From a virus (Duplodnaviria; Caudoviricetes), in IMG/VR virus record IMGVR_UViG_3300028888_000053, positions 96,001 to 160,000 of that record: a DNA stretch of 64,000 bases. The stretch is one strand, 5' to 3'. A model generated the notes under the pieces. It searched no databases and was not told the DNA's origin. It was given only the letters and a program-made list of their open reading frames with translations. This document shows positions 44,713 through 57,380 of the stretch, piece after piece. The translations under genes were made by a program, and so were the position numbers. The stretch's first letter is position 1, and every line of letters starts with the position of its first letter.

Positions 44713-45315
44713 ATGGAAAAAAAGATTCAGATTAAAAGTAGGTTGGGTTGTATTCTTTTTACATTCGAGGATGAAAATGCAACTATCAAATATGCTGTAG
44801 AACAAGCTGTAAGAGAACGTGTAGACCTTAGTGAAGCAAATCTCCATAAAGCAGACCTATCTGGAGCAAACCTTCGTGGAGCAAATCTTCGTAGGGCGAA
44901 TCTCAGTGGAGCGAACCTCCGTGAAACAGATCTCTATGGAGTAAATCTCTATGGAGCAAACCTTCGTGGAGCAAAGAATATTCCGTATATTCCTATGGCT
45001 TGTCCGTCTGACGGAGCATTCATAGGGTGGAAGAAAGTAGATAACCACCTTATTAAGTTGTTAATTCCAAAAGATGCCAAGAGAAGTTCTGCAACAACAA
45101 ACAAATGCCGTTGTGACAAGGCAAAGGTGTTATCTATTACTGATTTGGATGGGGCTAATCCAATAAAGGAAATAGAAAATACTTCACAACAGCACCATGT
45201 AGTATATAAGGTTGGCGAAATGGTTTACCCTGATTTTTTCGATGAAGACAGATGGAATGAGTGTTCTCATGGTATCCACTTCTTCATAAATAAGATAGAA
45301 GCGATTGATTATTGA
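44713..45315 (+). CDS. pentapeptide-repeat protein with DUF5758-like domain (paralog of 42016-42879)
   Basis: ANLxG repeats; shared IPMACPS.GAFIGWK...[14 protein letters not shown]. Confidence 0.85.
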   Translation: MEKKIQIKSRLGCILFTFEDENATIKYAVEQAVRERVDLSEANLHKADLSGANLRGANLRRANLSGANLRETDLYGVNLYGANLRGAKNIPYIPMACPSDGAFIGWKKVDNHLIKLLIPKDAKRSSATTNKCRCDKAKVLSITDLDGANPIKEIENTSQQHHVVYKVGEMVYPDFFDEDRWNECSHGIHFFINKIEAIDY

Positions 45316-45379
45316 CCCTAATAGTTAGACAATACCAGTAACCACACTGGGGAGTGAGTGGAAGCCTCACATTTTTTTT

Positions 45380-45452
45380 GGCTTATTAGTTTAAACGGAA
45401 AAACATTATAATCATTAGATGTAATATTTTGGTTCGAATCCAGAATAAGTCA
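45380..45452 (+). pseudogene. degenerate tRNA-like sequence
   Basis: GGCTTAT/ATAAGTC acceptor and TTTGG-TTCGAAT-CCAGA T arm; irregular anticodon arm. Confidence 0.5.
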
Positions 45453-45474
45453 CAATTAAAAAAAAATAATTATT

Positions 45475-48400
45475 ATGAAAGCAGTTCCAGAAATAGGAAA
45501 ATATTATCACTTTTGGGATGATGGTAAATCATCTCCAAGTAGACATTATATTTGTCGAGTAGAAAGAATTATAACTCCAGAAGAAGCAAAATCTATTAAA
45601 GTTATAGTGCCAGAATGGAATTATGATAATAAGACGATTGGATATGTAGAAACAACTTTATATGATCATTGGTATCATAATAAGTTAAATCACGATTGGT
45701 TATATTCAGAAGATACTGATTATTTTATAGAAGCATCCTGTCCTAAGTATGATGAACATAATTTATGGTTTGTTCGTACAAAAGGTGGAGGTTGGTTTTC
45801 TATGGATATACAATCTTCATGGCAAGGGGGTGAACTTGATGTAGATGGTAGTATTTATAAGTATAATACCAAATATTATCAAGAATTTTCTAAATGTACT
45901 GACAAAGAACTTTTACAATATTATCCAAAAGCAATTAAAGATAATTGGAAATCATGACAAAAATCTTTGGATTTACTTATAATCGAGTTAACAATTTTGT
46001 AATTGGATTTGGTAAAAAATGTCTTTGCTTTAATATTTATATGGCCAAAGTTCCTAAAAGAAGATTAAAAGGATATTGGTATATAATTGATACGAAAGAT
46101 GTTGTTTGGCATTCTATACATAATTATGATAAATTATTTGTAATTGGATATATATCCATTGACAAAAAGGATTTTTATGATTTAGAAGATTAATATTATG
46201 AGACAAAAAGATGCAAAAGCAGATACATGGTATATATGTTTAAAATCATTTGGTGAGTTTAAACAAGGTCAAGCATATTTATCACATTGGCGTGGAATAA
46301 ACTCTGATCGTCATTATGGTCAAACAGCATGGTTTAGTGATCAAAATACATATAAATACTTTAGACTTGCTAAAGAAAACGAACGACCAAGGATAACGAA
46401 GGGATCATATTGGAAAGCTACTAAAGATATATATTATGGTTTAGGAAAAGAATTTCTTAAAAATCATATTTATGAATCACCACTTAATTATTACTTGTAT
46501 CCATTTGGAAGTAATGTTCCATGTAAAATTATGGATTTCAATTTGTCATATCACGATTTTATTCCAGCTACTACAGAAGAAATAAAAGAAATAAATAAAT
46601 GAGACAAGAAAATAGTATATGGGATAATGTTCCAAATGGCTGGTGTATTTGTGGAGGTATGATAATTCCTTCACCTAACCACAGAAAATTTGTTAAGTTA
46701 TGAAAGTAAAAATAAAAGCAACAGGTGAAATAGTTAATTTGGCTGATTATGCAAAAATTACGCTTGACCAATATGATTCTTATGGAAATCCAATTGAAAT
46801 GAAACCAGAAGAAGTTGAATTAATTCAAGAACCAACAGAAGAAGCTCATTGGCAAGATGTCAGAGAACATGCTGCTATTGCTGCTATGCAAGGTATGTTA
46901 GCTAATCCCGAACTCATTATGAATGGTAGTTCTATATGTTACAGATTAAGTGTTGAATTTGTAGCTGTTGATTACGCAAATAAACTTGTAGAACGGCTTA
47001 AAAAGAAATAACTATGATACAACAAGATAAAGAACTTTCGCTTAAGGATCTTTGCGCAAGGTTACCGTATAGGCCAAAAGTATTTTATGAATATGTAGAT
47101 GACTTAGATAAAAAAACTTATGGATATGGCTTAACTTTAAATACTTGGTGTATAGATCAGTTGGAAGCAGAAAAAGCAATTGTTAAGCCATATCTTCGTC
47201 CAATGTCCTCTATGACTGACGAAGAAATGAAACAATATGGAGAACTTTGTGATGAAGACATACGTCAATTAACTTCTGTTCCAATTCTTCATCCTGGGCT
47301 TAAATATAAAACATCATGTCACCGTTCTATTATTTGGCTTCTTAAAAATCATTTTGACTTTATGGGCTTAATTCCAAAAGGATTGGCTATTGCTGTAACG
47401 GAAGAAAATAATCCTTATAGGGAATCAAATCATGTTTAAAAAGCATTTTAAAATAGTAAAGGAAGAAAGAGTAACAGGAACTCTTCCATACAGAATACTT
47501 GAAAGATACACCATATTCTTTTTTATTCATTGGTGGAGTACACCAGAATTTGCTCCACCACACTTACATCAAACTTATAAGGAGGCGTATGATTACATTA
47601 AAGAAATGTGCTCCAATGCAATAATAGAAACCTCCTTAAGAGATAAGTGTGTTTTACAGTATGGAGAGCATTTTGGTGAATTGTATGATAAAAGTTGTAG
47701 AGGTGAATCTATTGGCAATTTTACACAAACTAAGTGGTTTTTAGAAGCACTCGAAACAGTTAGAAGATATGAGTAGATGAAGTCAATGTTAAATAAATAA
47801 AGAAAAATAAAATTATGGATTTTTTTAACGTTTGTTTAGCAATATGCCTATGCGTAGGGATAATGGGTATGGGAATTGCTATGTTCTTTGGTATAATAAT
47901 ACGCCCGATCTGTAATTATATTATTTCACAAAAAAAAGATTGCGATCTTGAATGGAAATGTATAGAAACGGATGAGTCCAAGGAGAAATTCCTCAATGGG
48001 GAAATTGATTATCATTTCTGTGCGGTCAAATATCGAATCAATCCAGGTCAACTTAATGCGTTCGTAAAGATATTTGGCAATAACAATTGGACTGAGTTTA
48101 CTTGGGAACGGCTCAAATTCAAGGAGAGAGAAGACTTTGTCAAATATGTTTCAAACTTCCTAAAACTTCGTGACGTTTACGAGTATAATAAGAAAGAAAA
48201 TTCGTTATGGCGTTGGCCCTAATATTCAAGATTAGACAATTATATGGATAAAATTTGTACCACAATAGAATAATCCAAGAAACTCTTGGAATTAGGAATT
48301 GAAAAAGACTTAAATGTAAATGAATATCAAAGTAATACAATGTGTCGAAACGGGTAAATATCTTGAAGATTATTATGAAGAAGCAGTTGAAACAGCATTA

Positions 48401-48633
48401 AAATACGTACTTGAAAATCTAATTTGATTATGGCACAGTACAGAATAGTAAGAAGAGAATATCCTAATGGACAAATAGATTATGAAGTTCAGAAAAAGAT
48501 ATTAGGCTTATTTTGGTGGAATTTTGAAAGTATAGATGCCATTACAACGGGGCATTATTCTAATCTTCATGACGCTGAAATGGCAATTAAAATGCACAAA
48601 GAAAAACCAAAAGTAACAATTATTAAAGTATGA
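45475..48633 (+). CDS. cluster of small hypothetical phage proteins
   Basis: Contiguous track ORFs 45475-45957, 45945-46193, 46198-46602, 46700-47011, 47014-47439, 47432-47776, 47815-48222, 48424-48633. Confidence 0.7.
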
Positions 48634-49946
48634 AAGAACTTACTATAGAAGAAAAAGCAAAAGCCTATAACAAAGTGCGTGAAAAGATTGCAATACGATT
48701 TGGTTCAAATGTTGCAGACGAAATCTTTTCAGAGTACGAAGAGAGCGAGGATGAGAAGATAAGGAAAGAAATTATGGATTTTATTGATACTAAAACAATA
48801 GACTCCGACGAAAGACGTAATAGGTGGTTTTCTTATCTTGAAAAACATAAACCTGTTTCCTTTACTTCATTAGAGGATACAAAGATAAAAATGTCTTTAA
48901 TACAATATATATCAGAATTAAATCAAGACGTTGTTCATCTGCATCCAGGTATTGAAACTTGTAACGAGTGGATTGCTTGGCTTGAAAAGCAGGGTGAACA
49001 AAAGCCTGTTATTTTCAAAGCGAAAGATTGGTATGTAAGTAAAGTTGACGGTAAAATACATAATATGATGTATAATCCTGCTGATAAGAAAGAACAGAAG
49101 GAGATTGATAACTATTGCCGAGAACACTGTAAAGGATTTCAAGAAACAGGTAAATGTTTTTTCGACGATAAATGCGAGGCCTATAAAACTTATAAGCAGA
49201 AGTTTGCTGAGAAGGTTGAACCAAAGTTTCATGAAGGTGAGTGGGTAGTATATGAATGTGGTGACGAAACGGCAACGTTACAAATAACAAGAATTGCTGG
49301 AGAAACTTATGTATTCTCAGATGATTCAACTCTTGGTGTAGTTGATGAAGATACATTGAGATTGTGGGATATTACCAAAGATGCAAAGGATGGTGATGTG
49401 CTTGCAACTGACTCATGGTTATATATGTTTAAATATACTAATAATAAGAATTTAATACAATTTCATTGCAATTTTCCTATAAATGAAAAATCTTATAAAT
49501 GGTGTATTTTACCTAATGATAGCTATCTTGACATTTATATAGATGCAAATATACATCCAGCTACTAAAGAGCAGCGTGACCTTTTATTCCAAAAGATGAA
49601 AGAAGCAGGCTATGTGTGGAATTCTGAAAAGAAAGAATTGAAGAAGATGGAATCAACAGAACATGAATCTGAAGAAGAACTGTCTGATTTTGAAGCTGCT
49701 CTATTTTCTGCATTTAGTGATGGCTGGCAGCAATATCTTAACGGAAAAGAAATAGATTTTGCACAATGGGCTAAAGAACACTCTGCTGAACTTTTGGAAG
49801 CAGCAAATCAGAATCATATTGCTTGGAGTGAAGAGGATGAAACAAACCTTAGACGAGTTGAATTTGCTTGTATGAAATTCTTTGGTGGGGATACTTCGCT
49901 TATAGGATGGTTGAGAAAAACTCTTAAAAGACGATTGTCATCTTAA
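48630..49946 (+). CDS. mosaic multi-module hypothetical protein (438 aa)
   Basis: Repeated ED.KI...W..(W/Y)LEK modules, KFHEGEWVV, DAKDGDVL, HPATKEQRDLLF, WSEEDE. Confidence 0.75.
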   Translation: MKELTIEEKAKAYNKVREKIAIRFGSNVADEIFSEYEESEDEKIRKEIMDFIDTKTIDSDERRNRWFSYLEKHKPVSFTSLEDTKIKMSLIQYISELNQDVVHLHPGIETCNEWIAWLEKQGEQKPVIFKAKDWYVSKVDGKIHNMMYNPADKKEQKEIDNYCREHCKGFQETGKCFFDDKCEAYKTYKQKFAEKVEPKFHEGEWVVYECGDETATLQITRIAGETYVFSDDSTLGVVDEDTLRLWDITKDAKDGDVLATDSWLYMFKYTNNKNLIQFHCNFPINEKSYKWCILPNDSYLDIYIDANIHPATKEQRDLLFQKMKEAGYVWNSEKKELKKMESTEHESEEELSDFEAALFSAFSDGWQQYLNGKEIDFAQWAKEHSAELLEAANQNHIAWSEEDETNLRRVEFACMKFFGGDTSLIGWLRKTLKRRLSS

Positions 49947-50134
49947 CAGAATTTAATTTAAAATAATGCAAAAAGTTCAATGGAATAAAAAAGACAAAGA
50001 AATATTACAACGATTATATAATATTTGTCGTATGGCAGCTAAAAGTCACTCTTTAGCGGATTATACCACAGAAGGATATGAAGAAGCTTTAGAGTGGCTT
50101 AAATCTCTTAAACAAAGAATAGGAGGATAAAGTT

Positions 50135-50981
50135 ATGGATGTAATAATGTGTATTGGAATATTATTGGTGTATTATTTCCTTGGTGCAATCATTAATGGT
50201 CTTATGCACAGATATGACCCAGTTTGGTTTTCTAATGATTCCATGAATGTTAGTTTTGTTGTACAGATGTGGATAATAGTAGTTCCATTCTATTGGTTTG
50301 CCATTTTTTGTGATAGATGCATATGTTGGTTTGAAAAGAAAGAATAGAAGAATAAAGTTATGAAAAAGTACGAATTGATGGTTATGGATTGGGTGTATTC
50401 TCCTACTCCAACAACTCCAAAAGCTATTCAAATAATGTATGGATGGCAAATAGAAGAATATGAGACACAAGGCTTTGAACCTATTCCTCTTACACCAGAG
50501 ATTCTTGAAAAGAATGGATTTGTCCTAAAACCAGATGGTTGGCTATGGTGTAAGGAAAAAGGCATCGAAGATAAGAATTATATCTTTATACAGTTTAGGA
50601 AAAATTGTGAAGAAGTAAGGCTGATAGAGTTGAATTTTATAAATAAGGTGCTTGCAAAATACGAACACATGCACTATGTACATGAACTTCAGCATGCTTT
50701 GCGACTTTGTGGAATTGAAAAAGAAATAGTACTTTAAAATTATGGAACAATTTTTATTGAACTTAAGCAATCATCAAATACAAGATATTTTGCAAGAGAT
50801 TGGGATGCTTGAAGATGGTAATTGTTCTTATACTGCAGAGGAAATATTTAAGGCAGGAATGGAATATGCTATTAACAAAGGAATATTGTGGCTAAATGAG
50901 AATATAGACTTTGAGCATAATTATCCATCAACAAAAGAGGAGTTAATTAAAGATTTTTGTAAGGCTCAGACAGAAGGTTAA
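50135..50981 (+). CDS. three small proteins including a YopX-like ORF (50360-50737)
   Basis: PIPLTPEILEKNGF...YVHELQHALRLCG. Confidence 0.65.
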
Positions 50982-50985
50982 AATT

Positions 50986-52090
50986 ATGGTACAGTTAATA
51001 GACAAAGACGCTTTAGCAGCGGAGATAAAAAAATTAAAAAGTGTTTTTGTAAACGAACGTGATGGTTTTGAAAAAGGCTATCACTATAGTTTAAATTTAC
51101 TTATTTCTTTTCTCGATACACTTGAAATAAAAGATACAGACTTGAAGAAAGAAATTCATGAAACAGCCGAAGCATTTGCAAAAATAATCAGAGCAAATTT
51201 AACAGGAATAGATAAAGATGTTCAATATCAGTTTGAACAACTTTATAAAGAAATTACTGGTGAGAGAATGTATCAAGGATATAGTGATTAAAAAATAATA
51301 ACTTATGGAACTGATAGACAAATCCACTTTAGTAGCGGAAATAGAAAAATTAAAAGATGAAGCAGAGATATATCCGTCAGATTTTTATTGTGGTAGATTA
51401 TCTCTTTGTAAAGAACTGATTAATTTTCTCGATACTCTTGAAGTGAAGGTGATGGATTTGGAAAAGGAGTTTAATGAATACATGCGGTCTATTACTATCA
51501 AAGATATAAAAGATAAGCCATTCACGCAATTATTTGCTTGTGCCAAGTATTTCTTTGAACTCGGATTGCAATCAAAAGAAGAATAGTTATGAAATACATT
51601 GACGCAGAACGCATAAAAAAAGAAATAAGAAAATTGGCAGATTGGTACCAAAACATATTGACTGATGACTTGTGCGATAAACTTATTGATTTCGTTGATG
51701 CTGCCATGCCATTTATTCCACCACAAAACTCTCTACAAGAAGAAGCGGACTTAGAACGAGAAATTACACGAGTATCAAAAAATGAGTATTTTGATTTTAC
51801 TGATTGGAAATCTATTGCTCGACATTTCTATGAATTTGGATTAACACAGAAAGGTGAATAATATGACAAAGGAAAAAACTATGCCTAAACTTATTGATAA
51901 AGATAAATTAGTGTCAAAAATAGTCAAAAGGATAGAATTCGATCAAGAAATAATTGATAATTGTAAGCAAAACAATTTTCATCCAAATTTACAATACTTT
52001 TACAAAGGTAGAAAAGATGGTTATGAGCGAATTCTTGAGATTATTGATAAAATAAGTTTCAATGATGATAATGTAGTTAATTTTAAATAA
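50986..52090 (+). CDS. four tandem paralogs with an (L/Y)ID(K/A)xxL..EI N-terminus
   Basis: LIDKDALAAEI, LIDKSTLVAEI, YIDAERIKKEI, LIDKDKLVSKI. Confidence 0.75.
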
Positions 52091-52862
52091 TATGACACAA
52101 CAGGAAAAACAAACGGTTAAAGATTTTCATCGTCATTGTATGACATATCTTTTTGGAGAATTTTCTTGTAAAAAATGCAAGAAACTTATTAAACCAAGTG
52201 ATTGTATTGGGTGTCCCATTAAAAATAGTTAGTTATGAAATACATTGAACAATATCTACAAGACGTTGTTAAAATTAAACCATTAGGTAAAATTACAACG
52301 AAAGAAGATGAACTTAATGGTTTTTCAGGTGAAATGGTATATATCGATGGAAAATGTTCTGATATATTTATTTCTCATGCAGATTATGCCAATTATTTAG
52401 AAAGTGTGATTAATGAATACGTAGAATGGGAAAACGAAAAACAGTAGTACAAGAATATCTTGATTCATTAACTAAAGATGATTTATTAGCGATCATAAAG
52501 TATGGTCTTCGTGGTTCTAACGCTCCATTAGATGTTGATGTTGAAGACATTTTTACTTGTATCGGTTGTAAATACATTGAAGAAGGATGATTTACTTAAA
52601 AAGAATTTTGAATTTATTCCTGTGGCTAATAAGAATTGTCGCAGGAATTGCAATTATCATGGTTATTTATCCACTTGATTTGTTAGCCATCCCTATTTAC
52701 TACGTCAAGACTGGACGTAATTATTTGTTAGACTTTAGACCGTTAGGATTTGCTATAGTGCGTTGGATTTGTGGATGCGATTTTGAATGGAAAGATAATT
52801 AATATTAAATAATAATTTAAACAGAATCTCTTGGTAGCTCAATTGGATAGAGCAACAGTCTT

Positions 52863-53479
52863 TAATATTTGGAGCTTTTATGTGGGAAATTGAGAAATTA
52901 ATCAAGAAGGGTGATTATATGTATGCTTTAGTACCTGAACACCCTCATGCTACTAAAAATGGTTACGTGTTACACCATCGAATTGTTGTAGAAAACCATA
53001 TAGGTAGATTACTCAATGCTGATGAAGTTGTTCATCATAAAAACCATAATAAATTTGATAACAGAATTGAAAATCTCGAAGTGTTGAATTATAAAGAGCA
53101 TGTTAGAAAGCATAGCTTAGAACAGGGAAGGAAATGGGCTGTACTCAAATGCCCTATATGTGGAAAAGTGTTTGAGATGCCTTATAACAAAACTGTATAT
53201 CAAAAATATCCTAACGATTCTAATAAAGCACAATGTTGTTGTAGAGCGTGTGGGTGTAAGTTAGGTAGATTGAAACAACTGAACAGAATAACTCATGAAA
53301 TGGAGATTGCTATATCGGGGAATCTCCTATCTGTATACAAAAAATATACAGAGGACAACCCCGAGGTAACCTTAGATTAAGAGGGTACCGTAGAGACTAT
53401 ACGCAATCCGCCTGAAATGGCGAAGGGATAGTCCAGACTACAACATTTCATAATGGCTATAGTAATATAGAGTAGTAAG
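52863..53479 (+). mobile_element. group I intron carrying an HNH homing endonuclease
   Basis: Follows an exon U and ends in G; core motifs CCGTAGAGACTATACG and GATAGTCCA. Confidence 0.88.
52880..53380 (+). CDS. HNH homing endonuclease (intron-encoded)
   Basis: YVLHHRIVVE...EVVHHKNHNKFDNRIENLE...H; C-terminal CPICGK...CCCRAC zinc finger. Confidence 0.92.
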   Translation: MWEIEKLIKKGDYMYALVPEHPHATKNGYVLHHRIVVENHIGRLLNADEVVHHKNHNKFDNRIENLEVLNYKEHVRKHSLEQGRKWAVLKCPICGKVFEMPYNKTVYQKYPNDSNKAQCCCRACGCKLGRLKQLNRITHEMEIAISGNLLSVYKKYTEDNPEVTLD

Positions 53480-53536
53480 CTAAACTGTGGGTCTTGGGTT
53501 CGAGTCCCAACCAGGAGACTAAAAATATATAACAAT

Positions 53537-55138
53537 ATGATATCAATAATAATTCCAATTTATAATAGAGAATTATTCTTAGAGAAATGTTTGAATTCTG
53601 TACAAAGACAAACATTTGTTGACTTTGAATGTATTCTTGTTGATAATAATTCTACTGATCATAGTGTAGAAATTTGTCAATCATTTTTATCCGATGATAG
53701 ATTCAAACTTATTCATTGTCAAGAACAAGGAGTTAGTCATGCCAGAAATAAAGGTATAGAATATGCTTCTGGAGATTGGATAATGTTTATTGATTCTGAT
53801 GATTACATAGCAGATAATTTTGTAGAAATGCTCTATAAAACTATGCTAGATCATCCTGGGTATAAATGTTATACGTGTGAATCTATTACTTTACAACATA
53901 CAAATATTTCTATTTGGAACGACTTGCCAGAAGGTGAGAGAACAAAAGATGATGTTACCAATTTTAATATTTGGAAAAGATGGGCAACAGTTTGGAATGC
54001 TCTTTGGGCAAAAGAAGTATTTGATCATATTAAATTTAATACCAATGTTAAATTAGGAGAAGATGAATTAGTTGACATTGAATACTGGATGAGATATGGA
54101 AAATTATATCATATTAAATATCGTGGTTATTTCCATTATGTAAACCCATCGAGTATTAGTGTTGATCAGAATAATTATAAACATAGTACAATGTTATTAT
54201 TGTGCCTTGTTGAAAATTTAATTCATAAATACGATAATTTAACCAAAGAAATTGAGAATGCTATTAGATACATTTATAATGTAAAGTATAGTGATAAGTA
54301 TCCAGGAATTGATTATGTTGTACCTTATACTAATGCAACGAAAGATAAGATAAAAGCATTAATGCAATTCTATAACTATGAAGGAATGGTTGATGATGAT
54401 GAAGAATTAGCAAAAAGATATAATGCTGAAGATACAATCTTTAATATGTCAATACGGTCTGTTGCTAAAAATTTACCATTTATCAGATTAATTCATCTTA
54501 TTGTAGAAGATGAAACACACATTCCCGATTGGATAGATATTGAGAAGGTGCATATTGTTTATCATAAGGATTTTATGGAAGATTACCCAAGTTATAATCC
54601 TTGTTGTATAGAATATTGTCTGGGAAATATACCATTTCTATCAGAGAAATTTTTATATGCAAACTCAGATTATATTGCTACAAAAGAATTATCGGCAGAT
54701 GATTTCTTTGATGAAGATAAAACTAGAAATCGCTTTCGAACAGCAGCACAATCTGATAAACAATGTGATATTATCTTTAACAATTCGTATCATTTAATAT
54801 TTGATGAAGGCACACCTATATCACCAATAAAACATTTCTTTACTCCAATGGTAACAAAACGAGTAAAAGAAGTACAAGAGCTTTATAAAGATAAGTTAGT
54901 ATATACTAAGTTTAGGAGTAGTGCAAATTACAATCAATATATTTATCCTTTATATGATCTTAAAATTGGTGCGATTAGTGAGTCAACTTTAATTTGTTAT
55001 ACAACAGAAGGTGAGTTTAATATTCAAAAATGGCAAAGAGCAGATGTTGTGTGCTTAGAGAATATTGATGATACAAATCCTTTAATAACAGTATTTGGTC
55101 ATTTCTTCCGTTTTGAAAAATGTAAATACGAAAAATGA
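53537..55138 (+). CDS. GT2 glycosyltransferase fused to a Stealth-family hexose-1-phosphate transferase domain
   Basis: ISIIIPIYN...LVDNNSTD...GVSHARNKG...FIDSDD; then IDYVVPY, SIRSVAKNLPFIRLIHLIV, IVYHKDF...PSYNP..IE, KFRSSANYNQY. Confidence 0.85.
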   Translation: MISIIIPIYNRELFLEKCLNSVQRQTFVDFECILVDNNSTDHSVEICQSFLSDDRFKLIHCQEQGVSHARNKGIEYASGDWIMFIDSDDYIADNFVEMLYKTMLDHPGYKCYTCESITLQHTNISIWNDLPEGERTKDDVTNFNIWKRWATVWNALWAKEVFDHIKFNTNVKLGEDELVDIEYWMRYGKLYHIKYRGYFHYVNPSSISVDQNNYKHSTMLLLCLVENLIHKYDNLTKEIENAIRYIYNVKYSDKYPGIDYVVPYTNATKDKIKALMQFYNYEGMVDDDEELAKRYNAEDTIFNMSIRSVAKNLPFIRLIHLIVEDETHIPDWIDIEKVHIVYHKDFMEDYPSYNPCCIEYCLGNIPFLSEKFLYANSDYIATKELSADDFFDEDKTRNRFRTAAQSDKQCDIIFNNSYHLIFDEGTPISPIKHFFTPMVTKRVKEVQELYKDKLVYTKFRSSANYNQYIYPLYDLKIGAISESTLICYTTEGEFNIQKWQRADVVCLENIDDTNPLITVFGHFFRFEKCKYEK

Positions 55139-55354
55139 TAACAACTATTTATTTTGTTGGAGTTGTTTTAGCTTTTATTGTTAACACAATTCATCTTTAT
55201 GTTTTCTTTAAAGATGTTCGGAATAAACCGTATAGTACTTATAATAAAGTATTAGTAGCAATTTATAGTTCTATAATCATTGGATTTTTATCTTGGATAG
55301 GACTATTCTTTGTTTCTGTTTCTTTATTTTATAGACTCAAAAACCCTCAAGAAT

Positions 55355-55918
55355 ATGACAGTAATATATTCTAATGCTGAAGATGCAGATACTATAATTC
55401 TGCAAGAAATTTGGAGAGGTATTCCAGACGTTACTGTAATAGAAATTACATCTAATACAGTTGGGTGGGAAGACGTTGTTAATGATGCTATTGACAATGA
55501 AGATGATACATTAATCTTTGCTGGGCATGGTACTATACATGGATTATTAGCACCATTAAACTATTCATCAGAAGAATACATATTACATAAATTTAATGTG
55601 AACTTAATACACGCTAAAAGAAGTATATGTATTTGGTGTATGGCATCTACATTCTGTTTTAATCATAGATTTGAATCACTTGCTACCTCTATGTTTATTT
55701 CTAATCCAAGAGAAGCCTTCGAGAATGGATGTTGTGATGTTACAAGAGATGATATTGAACGACAAAATATATTATTTTATCGTGACTTGAATTACTTGTT
55801 ACAAAGCGATATCCCATTTAGAGATTGGAGAATGAAATTAAAAGTGAATGTTGATATGTACGACGACGTCGATGTGTTTAATAGAAATGGATTATGTTAC
55901 ATTTTATCTAATAAGTAA
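55355..55918 (+). CDS. hypothetical protein, possible caspase/gingipain-like His-Cys fold
   Basis: TLIFAGHGT..GL followed by SICIWCMAS. Confidence 0.45.
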   Translation: MTVIYSNAEDADTIILQEIWRGIPDVTVIEITSNTVGWEDVVNDAIDNEDDTLIFAGHGTIHGLLAPLNYSSEEYILHKFNVNLIHAKRSICIWCMASTFCFNHRFESLATSMFISNPREAFENGCCDVTRDDIERQNILFYRDLNYLLQSDIPFRDWRMKLKVNVDMYDDVDVFNRNGLCYILSNK

Positions 55919-55924
55919 AGTTTT

Positions 55925-57098
55925 ATGATAATGTTTATTAGTATATATTTAGGAATAGCGTTATATCTAATTGTATTGGCCTTGTTATACTGCATAGTAA
56001 GACACTATTCTGGACCAGATTCTCCGGCGTTGTTATTACCTTTAATGTGGCCTGCACTTCTATTTCTATTGCCTGTTTTATTAATATGTTTTGTTATATT
56101 AAAATTATGCGATAAAATATGGCCGCAATAGATAAATTGTACGTTGATTCATATTATGAATATAATAATCTCAGAACATGGGCTATAGCCTATTATCCTG
56201 AATTATTATTTTATTTCTATGATATCACAGTTGATTATTCCACATTTGAGAAGAGAAGACAAGAATGGATTAGAAAATTTAAAACACAAGTAAGAAATAC
56301 GTTTACAAGATTTGGTAAGTTTAATACAGCAGAAGAAGCTGTTAATAATCTTATCAAATATTATAAACGAACTGCAGGTTATGATTGTTCTAGAGAGCAA
56401 GCTGAAGATGAATTTAAGTATTGGTCTCATCAAATGGAAATAATAGAAAGTGATTCACTTTTAGAATTAGAATATAAATTTCCAGTAATGAACACACCAT
56501 TATCTGTAGATAAAAAACTAAAGTGGATTTGTCCAATTCCTTGTATTAGAAAGTATCTTGAAGAACAATGTGGATATAAAACTCACTGGTATCATAAGTT
56601 ATTTTGGAAAGGTAAAAAACATTTTTAATTACAATGTATTATTCTTAAATAAAAATGAATAACGGAATTATTCCATATAAAAATAAAATTAAACCTATAT
56701 TTATAGATAGTGATAAATCTGTAAGATGTATAGATTGTATTTATTTTTCTTCGTTTGAAGGTTATTATAATGATTCGTGTGATGAATCAGATTGGTTTTG
56801 TGTTGAATATTGCCCGCTACGAAAGATTAGGCTTAAAGATCCTTTTAATAAAATTTGCTGTGACCAATTTGTTGCACAAGACAAACATATTAACTGTGAA
56901 AATTGCAAGTTTTGTGTTCGAGATTACTCGTCTTATCAATGTCAAAAACGCAATCTAATAGAAACTACTTCACACTATCGTTGTTCTGAATTTAAATATA
57001 GAAATGAAAATAATCCAGTTTCTAATGAAGAAATTTGTACTTTTTTATGTGGTTTAATCATTGTAACAACGTTTGTTTGTTTATGTGCATTTTGTTAA
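55925..57098 (+). CDS. three hypothetical proteins (55925-56131 membrane, 56119-56628, 56655-57098 Cys-rich)
   Basis: Track ORFs. Confidence 0.65.
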
Positions 57099-57159
57099 CA
57101 TAACCTATGGCTAGTATAATAATTGCTTATTTATACTTCAATGGTAATTAATTAAAGTT

Positions 57160-57231
57160 GCTCCAATAATTAAACGGATATAACATGAATCCTCTAAGTT
57201 TCTATTTCGGGTTCGATTCCTGGGTAGGGCA
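57160..57231 (+). pseudogene. degenerate tRNA, Arg-like D loop
   Basis: CGGATATAAC D loop and GGTTCGATTCC T loop; poorly paired acceptor and anticodon stems. Confidence 0.45.
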
Positions 57232-57380
57232 CTATTAACATTTTTAATATGGGATTATTTGGAAATGTAATTCGAGAAGTTAGAGATACAGTCAAAGATT
57301 CTTTAGAAGAATGTGGCTGTAAATCTGTAATATCAGAAGTCAAAGATGTTTTTAAAGCATTAATTGGCAAATAAAGTGTA

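Larger units (their letters stand above)
52828..53518 (+). tRNA. tRNA-Arg(TCT) split by a group I intron; exons 52828-52862 and 53480-53518
   Basis: Spliced arm ACAGT-CT-T|CT-AA-ACTGT; D loop TTGGATA with A20; CTCTTGG/CCAGGAG acceptor. Confidence 0.88.

Noticed and set aside
42520-45315. Diversity-generating retroelement TR/VR pair in the duplicated DUF5758-like regions
   Set aside because: Both copies are coding paralogs, differences are not adenine-specific, and no reverse transcriptase is in the window.
52828-53518. Second amber suppressor tRNA (exon 2 begins CTA)
   Set aside because: A 7-nt loop requires CTT|CTAA, giving anticodon TCT, and the D loop has the Arg identity A20.
57160-57231. 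CUA suppressor tRNA (contains CTCTAAG)
   Set aside because: The anticodon and acceptor stems pair poorly in that register; treated as a degenerate tRNA.
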